Shown here piece after piece: positions 1 through 8,611 of a stretch of 31,871 bases of DNA. Both the position numbers and the translations under genes were made by a program. The stretch comes from a virus (lineage: Duplodnaviria; Heunggongvirae; Uroviricota; Caudoviricetes). The notes under the pieces were generated by a model. That model worked only from the letters and a program-made list of their open reading frames with translations, was not told where the DNA came from and ran no database searches. Position 1 is the first letter of the stretch, and every line of letters begins with the position of its first letter. The stretch lies in IMG/VR virus record IMGVR_UViG_2548876962_000012; one strand, written 5' to 3'.

Positions 1-219
1 TTACATCCACATAATTTGCTGCCCTGACGGCAACGGGTGCGGTCTTACGGCGTGGACTTCTCCCGGCTTCACAATGTATCGCTGTACCGACTCATAAGTG
101 ATGAACGTGGCGCTGCAATTCACGTTCTGGCACTGGTGATAACGCTCTTTTGTCGTGTCAGTGATATAGCGGCTTGTACGCGCATGTGCGGCATGCTGGC
201 ATAAAGGACAATGAAACAT
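1..219 (-). CDS. ogr: Ogr late-gene transcriptional activator (zinc finger), 72 aa
   Basis: Translation MFHCPLCQHAAHARTSRYITDTTKERYHQCQNVNCSATF with a C-x2-C...C-x4-C zinc-finger pattern; ATG at 217-219; stop at 1-3. The 93-aa track ORF is an upstream in-frame extension. Confidence 0.9.
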   Translation of the reverse strand: MFHCPLCQHAAHARTSRYITDTTKERYHQCQNVNCSATFITYESVQRYIVKPGEVHAVRPHPLPSGQQIMWM

Positions 220-300
220 CGCGAGCACCTCTTCCGGTTTTGTTGATGGTGCCATTTTAGTTAATTTGCCCTTATAAAACAAACAGATAAATAAAACACA

Positions 301-1464
301 TCACTCATTACCTTCTGTTTCGTACTCCACATCAGAAAGCCTGACCTCAAGCTCTAAGGACGTCGTGAAGCCGCTATTATTCAGAAAATGTGTCACCTTA
401 GCGATGGTCCAGTCCTGCTCGTCTATGACGCGCTTAAAGCCTGACACTTTGACCGGCGTTTCCGTGTAAATATCTGCACGACCGGTAGCCAGGCTGATGG
501 AGAACTCCGCTACGCCCCGTTGCAGTTTATCCCACTTCGCCTGAGCGGCGCGCATGGCCTGCGCTTTCGTGGCATATACCGTGGTCAGGGCAAAAACATT
601 GTCAGCCTCACCGGCCATGTATTCACCTTCGCGCGCTTCCGGTACTTTTGGCGCTTTCTTCTGCGTGACCGGTTTCGCTTTCGGGTGCTCCAGTGCGCGC
701 AGGTGTTTCTCTTTCTTTTTGCGTTTCAGTTTTACCTTCTGCTTTTGTGGCTTCGGGTCTTTGGTGTGTAACCACTTTGCCGTTACGCCGGTGTAGGCTC
801 CGCGGTCAGCAATCGCAAAATGATGACGGTCGCCGTCGCTGCGGGTGATGGTAATCTGCGGGATTTTTTTACCGCTGGCCGTCACCCCCTGCCCCGCTTT
901 GAGAAACAGCAGTTTTCCCATTTTTACCGACACCTCGCCGCCGTTGCGTTCAGCAAGACGGGTCAGGAATTTCGCATCAGACTCCTGCGACTGGTCGATG
1001 TGCGGGATTTTAATTCCTGCCAGTGACGGCGCGACACTGGCTTCCAGCCTGTTACGGGAGGCAATCGCCTCAACAATCGCACCGAGCGTGGTGTCATGCC
1101 AGGAGCCTTCACGGCGGGAATTGAGCGTCCCGCGAAAATCTGCACTCCGGGCCCGGATGGTGACCACATCCGGCGCGCCCCGGTGTTCTACCTCATCAAC
1201 GGTGAATTTCCCTTTGCATACCAGGGCAAAACCTTTCCAGCCGATATACACCGTCAGGACAGCGCCACGAACCGGCAGCCCGACCTGCCCGTCGGCATCG
1301 TTCAGTTCAATATCAAGCTGATCAGCCTCAAAGCCCCGGTTATCCGTCAGGGTCATGCTCATCAGACGCTCACTGATATTGCCGGTAATATCCCTGCTGT
1401 CGAGCATCAGCATGTAATCCGGCGTCAGCGTACTGCCTGCATCAAATGTCAGCGTATCCAGCAT
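301..1464 (-). CDS. D: Tail protein gpD (late control gene D), 387 aa
   Basis: 387-aa ORF at the P2 D position, immediately upstream of ogr; ATG start; start overlaps the U stop. Confidence 0.9.
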   Translation of the reverse strand: MLDTLTFDAGSTLTPDYMLMLDSRDITGNISERLMSMTLTDNRGFEADQLDIELNDADGQVGLPVRGAVLTVYIGWKGFALVCKGKFTVDEVEHRGAPDVVTIRARSADFRGTLNSRREGSWHDTTLGAIVEAIASRNRLEASVAPSLAGIKIPHIDQSQESDAKFLTRLAERNGGEVSVKMGKLLFLKAGQGVTASGKKIPQITITRSDGDRHHFAIADRGAYTGVTAKWLHTKDPKPQKQKVKLKRKKKEKHLRALEHPKAKPVTQKKAPKVPEAREGEYMAGEADNVFALTTVYATKAQAMRAAQAKWDKLQRGVAEFSISLATGRADIYTETPVKVSGFKRVIDEQDWTIAKVTHFLNNSGFTTSLELEVRLSDVEYETEGNE

Positions 1465-1943
1465 TATCCCGCCCCCGTCATACCCGTGAATTTAGTTGCC
1501 ATACTGCCCGCCTTACCGATGAGCGATTCCGCCTGTTTACCGATATCGCCATAAAGCGCGGCCAGTGATTCATCAACGCGGGTAAGTGACAGCGTAAAAT
1601 CAATTTTCCGGGGTGTGCCGTCTGCAAAGAAAAGACTCCCTGTTTCACTCACCCTGCTGATGACATACATGCCGTAAATCATGCCGGTGCCATCCAGCAA
1701 CGGCCACGCCCGGCCTTCCTCTGCCATCAGCCTGAGCGTGGTCATCGTCAGCTTTCCGCCGGTCAGTTCGGGATAAAGCACACCGGCAAGCGTGATGTTT
1801 TCCTCGCCAACGCCGAGAAACTGGTAGGCATCCCGTTTACCGATACGGGAATTTGACGGCCAGCGATAATCAGATTCACGCTGCATGGTCTGGTGTGGCA
1901 ACGTCTGGCGCATAAAAACAAACATACCTAACGCGAGCATCAT
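1464..1943 (-). CDS. U: Tail protein gpU, 159 aa
   Basis: 159-aa ORF between T and D; length and position match P2 U. Confidence 0.88.
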   Translation of the reverse strand: MMLALGMFVFMRQTLPHQTMQRESDYRWPSNSRIGKRDAYQFLGVGEENITLAGVLYPELTGGKLTMTTLRLMAEEGRAWPLLDGTGMIYGMYVISRVSETGSLFFADGTPRKIDFTLSLTRVDESLAALYGDIGKQAESLIGKAGSMATKFTGMTGAG

Positions 1944-1957
1944 TTTTCGTCACCTCC

Positions 1958-4405
1958 TTAACCGTCATGCATCATGCTGGCACGGGCGCGCGCACGTTTA
2001 TCCCGCTCGTATTTTTCGAGCGCATCCTGTAACTGGCGGTCAAGCTGTGTCCCCGGCGCAGTACCGCCCGTCAGGTTGATGTGATATTCGTTTTTACTCT
2101 GGTCCACATAAGAGCGACCAGCCGGTGCCGTGACCGGCTGATAAGCCTGATAGCCTGCATAAGAGCTGGTCGCCGGAATATAACCGCCGGTGCCATACGT
2201 GGCGACATGAGTCCTTGCGGCGGTCTGGTCAAGTGTGTCTGACTCTTTGTTGATAACACCGAGTTTTTCCAGTACCCAGTCAATACCGCTGCGCAGTTTG
2301 TTGAACGCATTAAGCGGCAGCATCAGCGCGTCAGCCAGTGCCTGCCCGAACATGACGCCCGTGTCACGGCAACGGTTCAGGGTGTCCTGGGTGGCTTTAA
2401 CCGGGGCAATCAGGTTTTTAAACCACTGCCACGCGGCCTGTAACTTTTCACCCAGCCAGTCAAACAGCGGCTTAAGTGGCGTGAACAGTTCCCCCACCGG
2501 CGCAAATGCCGCTTTCAGCCCTTCAACCACACCGCCAAAGAATGCGCTGACAGGCTCCCAGTATTTACGGATAAGTAACGCCCCGGCGACAATAGCGGCC
2601 ACCACAGCCACAACCGGCCAGCTAATCGCCCCGATGGCGGTCATAACAGCACTGCCAACCGTCGTGAAGATTGCCCCCATTGCGCCTGCTGCCGCGATGA
2701 TGGCATTGATGCCGGTGATAACCGGCCAGGCTACGAGGCCAATGGCACCAATGATGCCAGTCAGCGCCAGTGCACCACCGGCAATAATGCCGATGGTTGA
2801 CGCCAGTGATTTGTTTTTCTGGATCCAGCCGTCGAGTTTTAACACATACTTTGTGGCCGTCTGCGTGAGCTTACGCAGTGCGCCTTCCTGCTGGTCAAAC
2901 AGGTCAGTCCCCACCGCCTCATAAGCGGACTGAAACTCCTTAAAGTCACCGCCGAGGTTGTCCTGCATGATATTTACCAGCTCTGCGGTCTTTCCGTCAG
3001 AGGCTTTAAACGCAGCGGTCAGTTTGTCCAGCTTTCCGGTTGAGGCGGCAGTCATCAGCACGGCGGCGGCTGAACTGGCCTCCTCCCCGAAAATGGTTTT
3101 CATGTATTCAGCCTGCTGGGCAGTACCGAGCCGGTTTTTCTCAAAACTGGCCTGCATTTCTTTCAGAATGGTAAATATTGGCCGGGTGTTTCCCTTACTG
3201 TCTGAGGTTTTCACACCAAGCTCTTTCAGTGCATCCCATGCTTTTCCCGTCGGTGCCTGCAGGCGGCTTAACACGGCACGGCTTCCCGTCCCCGCCATTG
3301 AACCGGTAATTTTTGCATCATGCAGTGCACCGACCATTGCGGCGGTTTCTTCAATGCTGACACCGGCATTTTTTGCCACAGGTGCGGCATAGGTCAGCGC
3401 ATCGCTCATGCCGTCAAAATCGGCGGCGGTTTTGTTCATCGTCATGGAGAGAACATCCCCGATATGAGCGACTTTATCGTTTGAAAGCTGAAAGGCGGAT
3501 TTCATCCCCATCAGCAGGGCGGCGTTTTCTTCCATCGTGCGGCGGTTCGCCAGCGCCATGTTCAGCGTGACCGGCGTTGCCGCCTGAATGGCATCAACAT
3601 CCCCACCGGCTTTCGCAATGATAATCTGTGCACCGGCCGCATCATCCGCCGAGGCGGCGGTATTGTCGCCGAGCTGGCGCGCCTGTTTGCGTAGTGCGGC
3701 CATTTCGGTGGAGTCTTTTGCCACTCCGAGCACAGCCTGTAATTCTGAGTTTTTCTGCGCAAACTCATAACCGGGCATCAGCAGCTTAACTCCGGCCATC
3801 GTTCCCGCCGCCGCAATCCCCACACCGGCAGCGCCCACTGAGGCCATATTTCCGGCCAGTTCCTTGCCTGCCTGATAACGCTGTTTGACTGCGTTAAGTT
3901 TTGCCTGTTGCGCACTGACACGCGCCAGCGCGTCGCGCTGACGGTTAAGTTGTGCGGTGGTTTCACTGATACGGTTTTTCAGTCCCTGCTCATCATGTGC
4001 AAGATTGCGGGTATTAATTCCCACTGCGGCCAGTTCCCGCTGCTGGCGTTTAACGGAATCTGTCAGGCGGTTATATTTCGCCTGTAAGTCCTCCGCCGCA
4101 CGCTTTGCGGATTCCAGCACTTTCGCCTGAGCACGGGTCGGACGTTCAGTGTTTTTAAACTGTGTGGCAAGTGCTTCGGCTTCCTGCCGTGCCTTTTCAA
4201 GTGCATGACCAGTCACGGCAAGCTGTGCGCTGGTCTTGCGAAATCCCTCAATACGGGATGCGTGAGCATTCAGCTCGCGCAGTGATTTTTGTGTTTCCCG
4301 GATATCCCCCGACAGCGACTTACTCGCTGTGCGGATGGATTTAAACGGGCGGGATGCCTGGTCAACAGCCCTGAGCAATACCTGTAATTTTACATTGTTA
4401 CTCAT
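1958..4405 (-). CDS. T: Tail tape measure protein gpT, 815 aa
   Basis: 815-aa ORF with coiled-coil-rich N-terminal half and Gly/Ala-rich hydrophobic segments typical of tape measure proteins; position after E/E'. Confidence 0.9.
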   Translation of the reverse strand: MSNNVKLQVLLRAVDQASRPFKSIRTASKSLSGDIRETQKSLRELNAHASRIEGFRKTSAQLAVTGHALEKARQEAEALATQFKNTERPTRAQAKVLESAKRAAEDLQAKYNRLTDSVKRQQRELAAVGINTRNLAHDEQGLKNRISETTAQLNRQRDALARVSAQQAKLNAVKQRYQAGKELAGNMASVGAAGVGIAAAGTMAGVKLLMPGYEFAQKNSELQAVLGVAKDSTEMAALRKQARQLGDNTAASADDAAGAQIIIAKAGGDVDAIQAATPVTLNMALANRRTMEENAALLMGMKSAFQLSNDKVAHIGDVLSMTMNKTAADFDGMSDALTYAAPVAKNAGVSIEETAAMVGALHDAKITGSMAGTGSRAVLSRLQAPTGKAWDALKELGVKTSDSKGNTRPIFTILKEMQASFEKNRLGTAQQAEYMKTIFGEEASSAAAVLMTAASTGKLDKLTAAFKASDGKTAELVNIMQDNLGGDFKEFQSAYEAVGTDLFDQQEGALRKLTQTATKYVLKLDGWIQKNKSLASTIGIIAGGALALTGIIGAIGLVAWPVITGINAIIAAAGAMGAIFTTVGSAVMTAIGAISWPVVAVVAAIVAGALLIRKYWEPVSAFFGGVVEGLKAAFAPVGELFTPLKPLFDWLGEKLQAAWQWFKNLIAPVKATQDTLNRCRDTGVMFGQALADALMLPLNAFNKLRSGIDWVLEKLGVINKESDTLDQTAARTHVATYGTGGYIPATSSYAGYQAYQPVTAPAGRSYVDQSKNEYHINLTGGTAPGTQLDRQLQDALEKYERDKRARARASMMHDG

Positions 4406-4825
4406 TCGTGTTTCCGCTTCGCTGGAGCGCCTTTTCGCGCCATGTGATGAGTTCGGTCAGGCTCATGGGATACAGTTCTGATGGCGGCCAGTGAAATATC
4501 ACTGCCACATCCGCCATCAGGTCATCTACCGACAGATTTTTCGGAAACGTCACTGCACCGAGTTCGGCGACAAAAAACCGACCACCTTACCGGCCAGTTC
4601 CACAAGGTCAGGCAGTTCCAGCGCGGCGACTTCCTGCTCGGTCAGCATCGGTGCCGTCATGCGCGGCAGCACCTTAATAAGTGCATCGACTTCGGAGTGT
4701 GCGACCGAAGCCAGACTGACACCGCGAAGCGTCCCGGCATTAGGTTTCATCAGCGTGACCTGTTTGATAACCTGCTCACCACGTTTGACCGGATTTTCCA
4801 GGGTAATCACATTTTCTTTGTTCAT
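4398..4825 (-). CDS. E+E': gpE+E' programmed -1 frameshift product, about 142 aa
   Basis: Minus-strand slippery heptamer T6G (plus-strand a-run 4572-4577 plus 4571) near the 3' end of E. The -1 frame continues FFVAELGAVTFPKNLSVDDL...RSGNTNE to a TAA at 4398-4400 that overlaps the T start codon. Confidence 0.75.
4550..4825 (-). CDS. E: Tail assembly chaperone gpE, 91 aa
   Basis: 91-aa ORF between FII and T, ending ...GFLSPNSVQ; the slippery site lies in its last codons. Confidence 0.85.
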   Translation of the reverse strand: MNKENVITLENPVKRGEQVIKQVTLMKPNAGTLRGVSLASVAHSEVDALIKVLPRMTAPMLTEQEVAALELPDLVELAGKVVGFLSPNSVQ

Positions 4826-4881
4826 GGTTTTCTCACATCTGAATCGGGGTTAACCGGTCAGTCAGGCTGACCGGATGAAAA

Positions 4882-5400
4882 TCACAGGCCAATATTGCGG
4901 CGGTGTTGCTCCAGCCGGTCGACGCCGTTCACCTTCTCAATCATGTTGATGGTGTCAATTTCGACCAGCTCCTTACCGTCCATCGTCAGCCGGAAATAGG
5001 TGCAGACCACGGAGATTTTCGACTCGGTGTCTTCTCCCTGTTTACCCTCTCCGGTGTCGATTTCTTTCTGACGTCCACGCATGACCACTTCGACGGCCAC
5101 CGTTTCGCCGGTATCGTCGCGCTGGTAAGAGCCAGCAAAACGAATCGGCACGGCATCCACACCGGTTGCGGCGTAAAGCTCCCAGATAACCGAATCCGGG
5201 AAGCCCCCGAGCGACCACTCCATTGACAGCGCATCGTCATCAAGGCCGAGGTCTACCGGTGCGCTGCCGTTCATCCCCGCACCGCGATAGTTTTCGAGCT
5301 TACGGGTCAGTTTTGGCAGCGTGACGGACTTTGCGACGCCCTGATAGCTGTAGCCGTTCAGAAAGACGTTCATTAACTTGAGTTTGCGCGGCATTGCCAT
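4882..5400 (-). CDS. FII: Tail tube protein gpFII, 172 aa
   Basis: 172-aa ORF directly downstream of the sheath gene; P2 FII length and position. Confidence 0.9.
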   Translation of the reverse strand: MAMPRKLKLMNVFLNGYSYQGVAKSVTLPKLTRKLENYRGAGMNGSAPVDLGLDDDALSMEWSLGGFPDSVIWELYAATGVDAVPIRFAGSYQRDDTGETVAVEVVMRGRQKEIDTGEGKQGEDTESKISVVCTYFRLTMDGKELVEIDTINMIEKVNGVDRLEQHRRNIGL

Positions 5401-5412
5401 CGGTCAGGCTCC

Positions 5413-6603
5413 TTAATTGCTGTTAACCAAGGTGACCAGACTTGCCAGGTATCTTGAAGTAATACGCTGGCGCAGGGTCAGGTTTTCGAGGGGAGGCACC
5501 GGGGTATAGTCGTAGTCGATATACAGTTTTCCGGCCTTGAGGGTTTCCGCATCGTTGGATTCTTCACTGAACCAGCATGTGCCATCCACGATATAACCGT
5601 TGCTTTTCAGTTCGCGGAATTTGGCATTGATGCCATCAATGATGTCGCGAATCAGCGTTGCGGTGATGGGCTTATCAATAGCCCACATGTGCGCCTCAGC
5701 CATCGTGTCAGCCAGTACCTGCGCGGTGCGTGTGTAGCTTTCAAAGAGGAACAGTGGGTCATCGGAGCAGGTACGGTTACCCCAGAAACGGAAACCGTCG
5801 CGGCGAACCAGCGTTGTGACGCCTGCCTCGTTCAGCAGGTCAGCATCAGTGCCAGACTTCTGCAAATCCCAGAATACAGATGCGCTGATGCCGGTAACAC
5901 CGTTTACCCCGACGTTGGACAGCGTTTTATGCCAGCCCTGCTCCTGGTCGATTTTAGCGCGCAGCCCCAGCGCACGGGCGGTGGCATACGCGGTAGCGGT
6001 GGTACTGGTAACCGTATCCCATGCGAGGAAATCTGGCCAGATGACCATCAGCTCACGCTGGCTGAAATTCTGGCGGTAGGCTTTCACCTCGGAAATGGTT
6101 TTACAGCCCCATGCGCTGATATACCCGAATGCATTCAGTTCCTGGCATACCGATGCCAGTGCGACGGCAACCTCTTTGGTGTCCAGCCCCGGCACACCGA
6201 GAATGCGCGGTTTAACGCCGGTAACCGACTCAGCCCCCATCAGGGCTTTCAGTCCGGTGTACTGACCGTTTTCGTCGGTGGTGCCGATGATATTGGAAAC
6301 GGTCTGCGCGAGCTTCGTTTCCTCGTCGTCGCCGGTGCCGTCTTCCACACGCACAACAACGGTGACCGGTTTTGACTGGTCAGCGATGGCCTGCAACGAT
6401 GCCGCCAGCGTGCCTTTTTTACCGGCCTTTGCAATTGCGCTCTGCACATTGGTAATCAGCACAGGTTTATTGAGGGGGAAGGTTTCCGCATCCGCATCGC
6501 TGGCCGTGCAGACCATGCCGACAATGGCGGTGGATACGGTGGAAATGACGCGGGTGCCGTCGTTAATCTCCAGCACCTGCACGCCATGATGATAGTCGCT
6601 CAT
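5413..6603 (-). CDS. FI: Contractile tail sheath protein gpFI, 396 aa
   Basis: 396-aa ORF; P2 FI length and position at the head of the FI-FII-E-T-U-D operon. Confidence 0.9.
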   Translation of the reverse strand: MSDYHHGVQVLEINDGTRVISTVSTAIVGMVCTASDADAETFPLNKPVLITNVQSAIAKAGKKGTLAASLQAIADQSKPVTVVVRVEDGTGDDEETKLAQTVSNIIGTTDENGQYTGLKALMGAESVTGVKPRILGVPGLDTKEVAVALASVCQELNAFGYISAWGCKTISEVKAYRQNFSQRELMVIWPDFLAWDTVTSTTATAYATARALGLRAKIDQEQGWHKTLSNVGVNGVTGISASVFWDLQKSGTDADLLNEAGVTTLVRRDGFRFWGNRTCSDDPLFLFESYTRTAQVLADTMAEAHMWAIDKPITATLIRDIIDGINAKFRELKSNGYIVDGTCWFSEESNDAETLKAGKLYIDYDYTPVPPLENLTLRQRITSRYLASLVTLVNSN

Positions 6604-6697
6604 CCGTTTAACTCCGTGGTTAATGGGTGCAACTATTTTCTGTTGGGCAGTGCATGAGACGCTATTTGACCTGGCTGGTCAGTGGATGAAACAACAG

Positions 6698-6726
6698 ATA
6701 AAGAAAAGGCGGGCAATTCACCCGCC
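6698..6726 (-). terminator. Rho-independent terminator downstream of the HExxH cargo gene
   Basis: Minus strand reads GGCGGG-TGAATTG-CCCGCC followed by TTTTCTT (stem arms at 6708-6713 and 6721-6726). Confidence 0.5.
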
Positions 6727-6931
6727 TGTCCTGATTTGTACTCACTCATTTTCCGACTGACAATTTACTTAGCCCAAAAGCTATCAAATCTGACAGTCTG
6801 CTTCAGACAAAGAGCGGTCATTAAATGATAGAAGATTTTATTTCATTTTTGTGCCAGAAGCTGCCGCTCAGTAACTCCCGCAATAAATGGTGCGAAGAAT
6901 GAGCGTCTGGCGACCGAATTTCATTACCTTG

Positions 6932-7900
6932 TTATATGCCATTTTCAAGATCTGCGATTAGGTCAAAGCATAGCGATTTATAATCCTTTACGATCTTCGG
7001 CCGAATGGTTATTGAATGATATTTCAGCAACGCAAGGGCGAATGAGGAAAAATACAGCCAGAACCAGTCATCTTCCGGTAAATTGACATCTTGCACAGTC
7101 GCCGACCAACGCCCGTAAATGGGAGGATGAGTCTCTGAACCCGCGAGACGGTTTCTTCCTGTTGCGAAAAGGATAAAGGCGAATGCTAGAGCGATCCCCA
7201 TCATACGCTTCATCCTAACCTTTTCCGGGGGATACCCACTGCTTGCGGCGTACTCATCGATCTTGGATATCATCATATCCTTAGCGAACTGATCACACAG
7301 ATATTCTTCGTCCTTCGGGTCTTCCGGTGCATTTCCTTCAACTGAGAAAATTACGTGCTTCAGTTCATGTAAAAATACATATGCCGTAGCCATGCACATA
7401 AGATCATATACTGCAGCGCTCTCTGAATCTGACGGCCTACCCTTCTCAGGCTCAGGAATAGCCACTGGCCATTCAAAGTCGTCTTCATGAAATGCAGTGC
7501 TCAGGTCTTTCACTGCATCAAGTATCGACTTGAAGGCTTCATCTTCTGCTGCCTGATCTGGAATCTTGTTGATTTTGTTTATGTCGAGAGTGGCACCGCA
7601 TGATTTGAACAATTCAATCAACGAACAATAACAATGTAACGCCTGCATTCCCGCATAACTGAAAAGCCATATTTGACGCATTGATCTGCTGGTGTACTGG
7701 ATTGCGGAGAATCCTCCAGCATCTAAGTTAAATCCTTCGCGGTCACCAATCAGTCGGAACTGGGCATCATAATCGTTAGCGATAGATTCAATCTCTGATG
7801 CTCTCTCAGGAACAACACCGTCAAAAAGTTTTCGAACATTGTCTGTCGTTTCCACTAGTCCTCCTATGGCATATAAAAGTGCGTTATACCGGCCCCGCAA
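6932..7900 (-). CDS. Cargo protein with HExxH motif, putative zinc metallopeptidase, 322 aa (Z/fun position)
   Basis: AT-rich ORF between G and FI; HELKH at residues 178-182 followed by acidic residues; one hydrophobic segment (GIALAFAFILFATG); TTG start at 7900 preceded by a strong SD (AAGGAAG, 6-nt spacer); own downstream terminator. Confidence 0.6.
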   Translation of the reverse strand: MRGRYNALLYAIGGLVETTDNVRKLFDGVVPERASEIESIANDYDAQFRLIGDREGFNLDAGGFSAIQYTSRSMRQIWLFSYAGMQALHCYCSLIELFKSCGATLDINKINKIPDQAAEDEAFKSILDAVKDLSTAFHEDDFEWPVAIPEPEKGRPSDSESAAVYDLMCMATAYVFLHELKHVIFSVEGNAPEDPKDEEYLCDQFAKDMMISKIDEYAASSGYPPEKVRMKRMMGIALAFAFILFATGRNRLAGSETHPPIYGRWSATVQDVNLPEDDWFWLYFSSFALALLKYHSITIRPKIVKDYKSLCFDLIADLENGI

Positions 7901-8080
7901 GGTCGGCTTCCTTGCAAGCCAGATTACCTTGTAAGGTCAGAAAGTCCAATGACAACTTTATGTACGAAGCAGTAATTGAGCTACTACGTATAAATGACCG
8001 CTCCTGGCACAGAGCGGCCTCCCAGATTCGGCTTTACTCTGTGCCATAGATATGTAAGCTCCCACCAGAGCTCATACAAC

Positions 8081-8608
8081 TTATTGCGGCATTTCCGGCC
8101 ATTCAGGATTTGCAGGATCCACACGACTGACCAGAACGCTGTAGCGTTCCCATGTTTTAAGTCGGCTACGCTCCTCATCTGTTGCCATATTCAGCCTGAC
8201 AGCACGCTCCAGCGGCAAAATCACGGATTCAGCATCTGCAAGAAGTCTGGCTTTCCGATTTTCTGCCTGCTGCTGCAATTCCTCTGCCGTATAAATGCGT
8301 TTAATCACTTTGCCGTCCTTAAACATCCAGTTCCCTGAAATGTCCGCCCGTCGGTTAGCAGTAATATCCGCCACTTCAACAACACTTAATCCATCCGGTC
8401 TGATAGCTGTCACATCCTTTTCCACATAGTGGATGATATTATCTTTGTCGTACGCTATTTTTATCGTGTCATCAGCAAAATACTTTTGTTCTTCGTACCA
8501 GTTCTTACCATCTTCTGAAAAAAACCAGACAACATCAAAGTCCTTTGTCAATTGATATTGTTCAACCGTTTTTGGATTACCCGCCGAAATATTTTTTAAA
8601 TGCTGCAT
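8081..8608 (-). CDS. G: Tail fibre assembly chaperone gpG, 175 aa
   Basis: 175-aa ORF immediately downstream of H; length and position of P2 G. Confidence 0.85.
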   Translation of the reverse strand: MQHLKNISAGNPKTVEQYQLTKDFDVVWFFSEDGKNWYEEQKYFADDTIKIAYDKDNIIHYVEKDVTAIRPDGLSVVEVADITANRRADISGNWMFKDGKVIKRIYTAEELQQQAENRKARLLADAESVILPLERAVRLNMATDEERSRLKTWERYSVLVSRVDPANPEWPEMPQ

Positions 8609-8611
8609 AAA

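Noticed and set aside
1-282. 93-aa version of Ogr, and similar N-terminal extensions of V, X, L, P, C and A in the ORF track
   Set aside because: The track begins ORFs at the first possible start, including TTG and GTG. Internal ATGs with better context give the canonical P2 protein lengths (Ogr 72, X 67, L 169, P 590, C 99).
2235-2924. Long plus-strand ORFs inside structural genes (e.g. 845-1321, 2235-2924, 2958-3392, 5689-6375, 10659-11369, 11173-11784, 17698-18291, 20630-21340, 21854-22303, 25722-26060)
   Set aside because: They lie antisense to, or out of frame within, long well-supported phage genes and have repetitive low-complexity translations (Ala/Ser/Arg-rich) typical of shadow ORFs in GC-rich coding DNA.
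6825-6902. 25-aa plus-strand mini-ORF in the FI / cargo intergenic region
   Set aside because: No SD, and it lies within the likely 3' UTR of the cargo gene; too short and unsupported to call.
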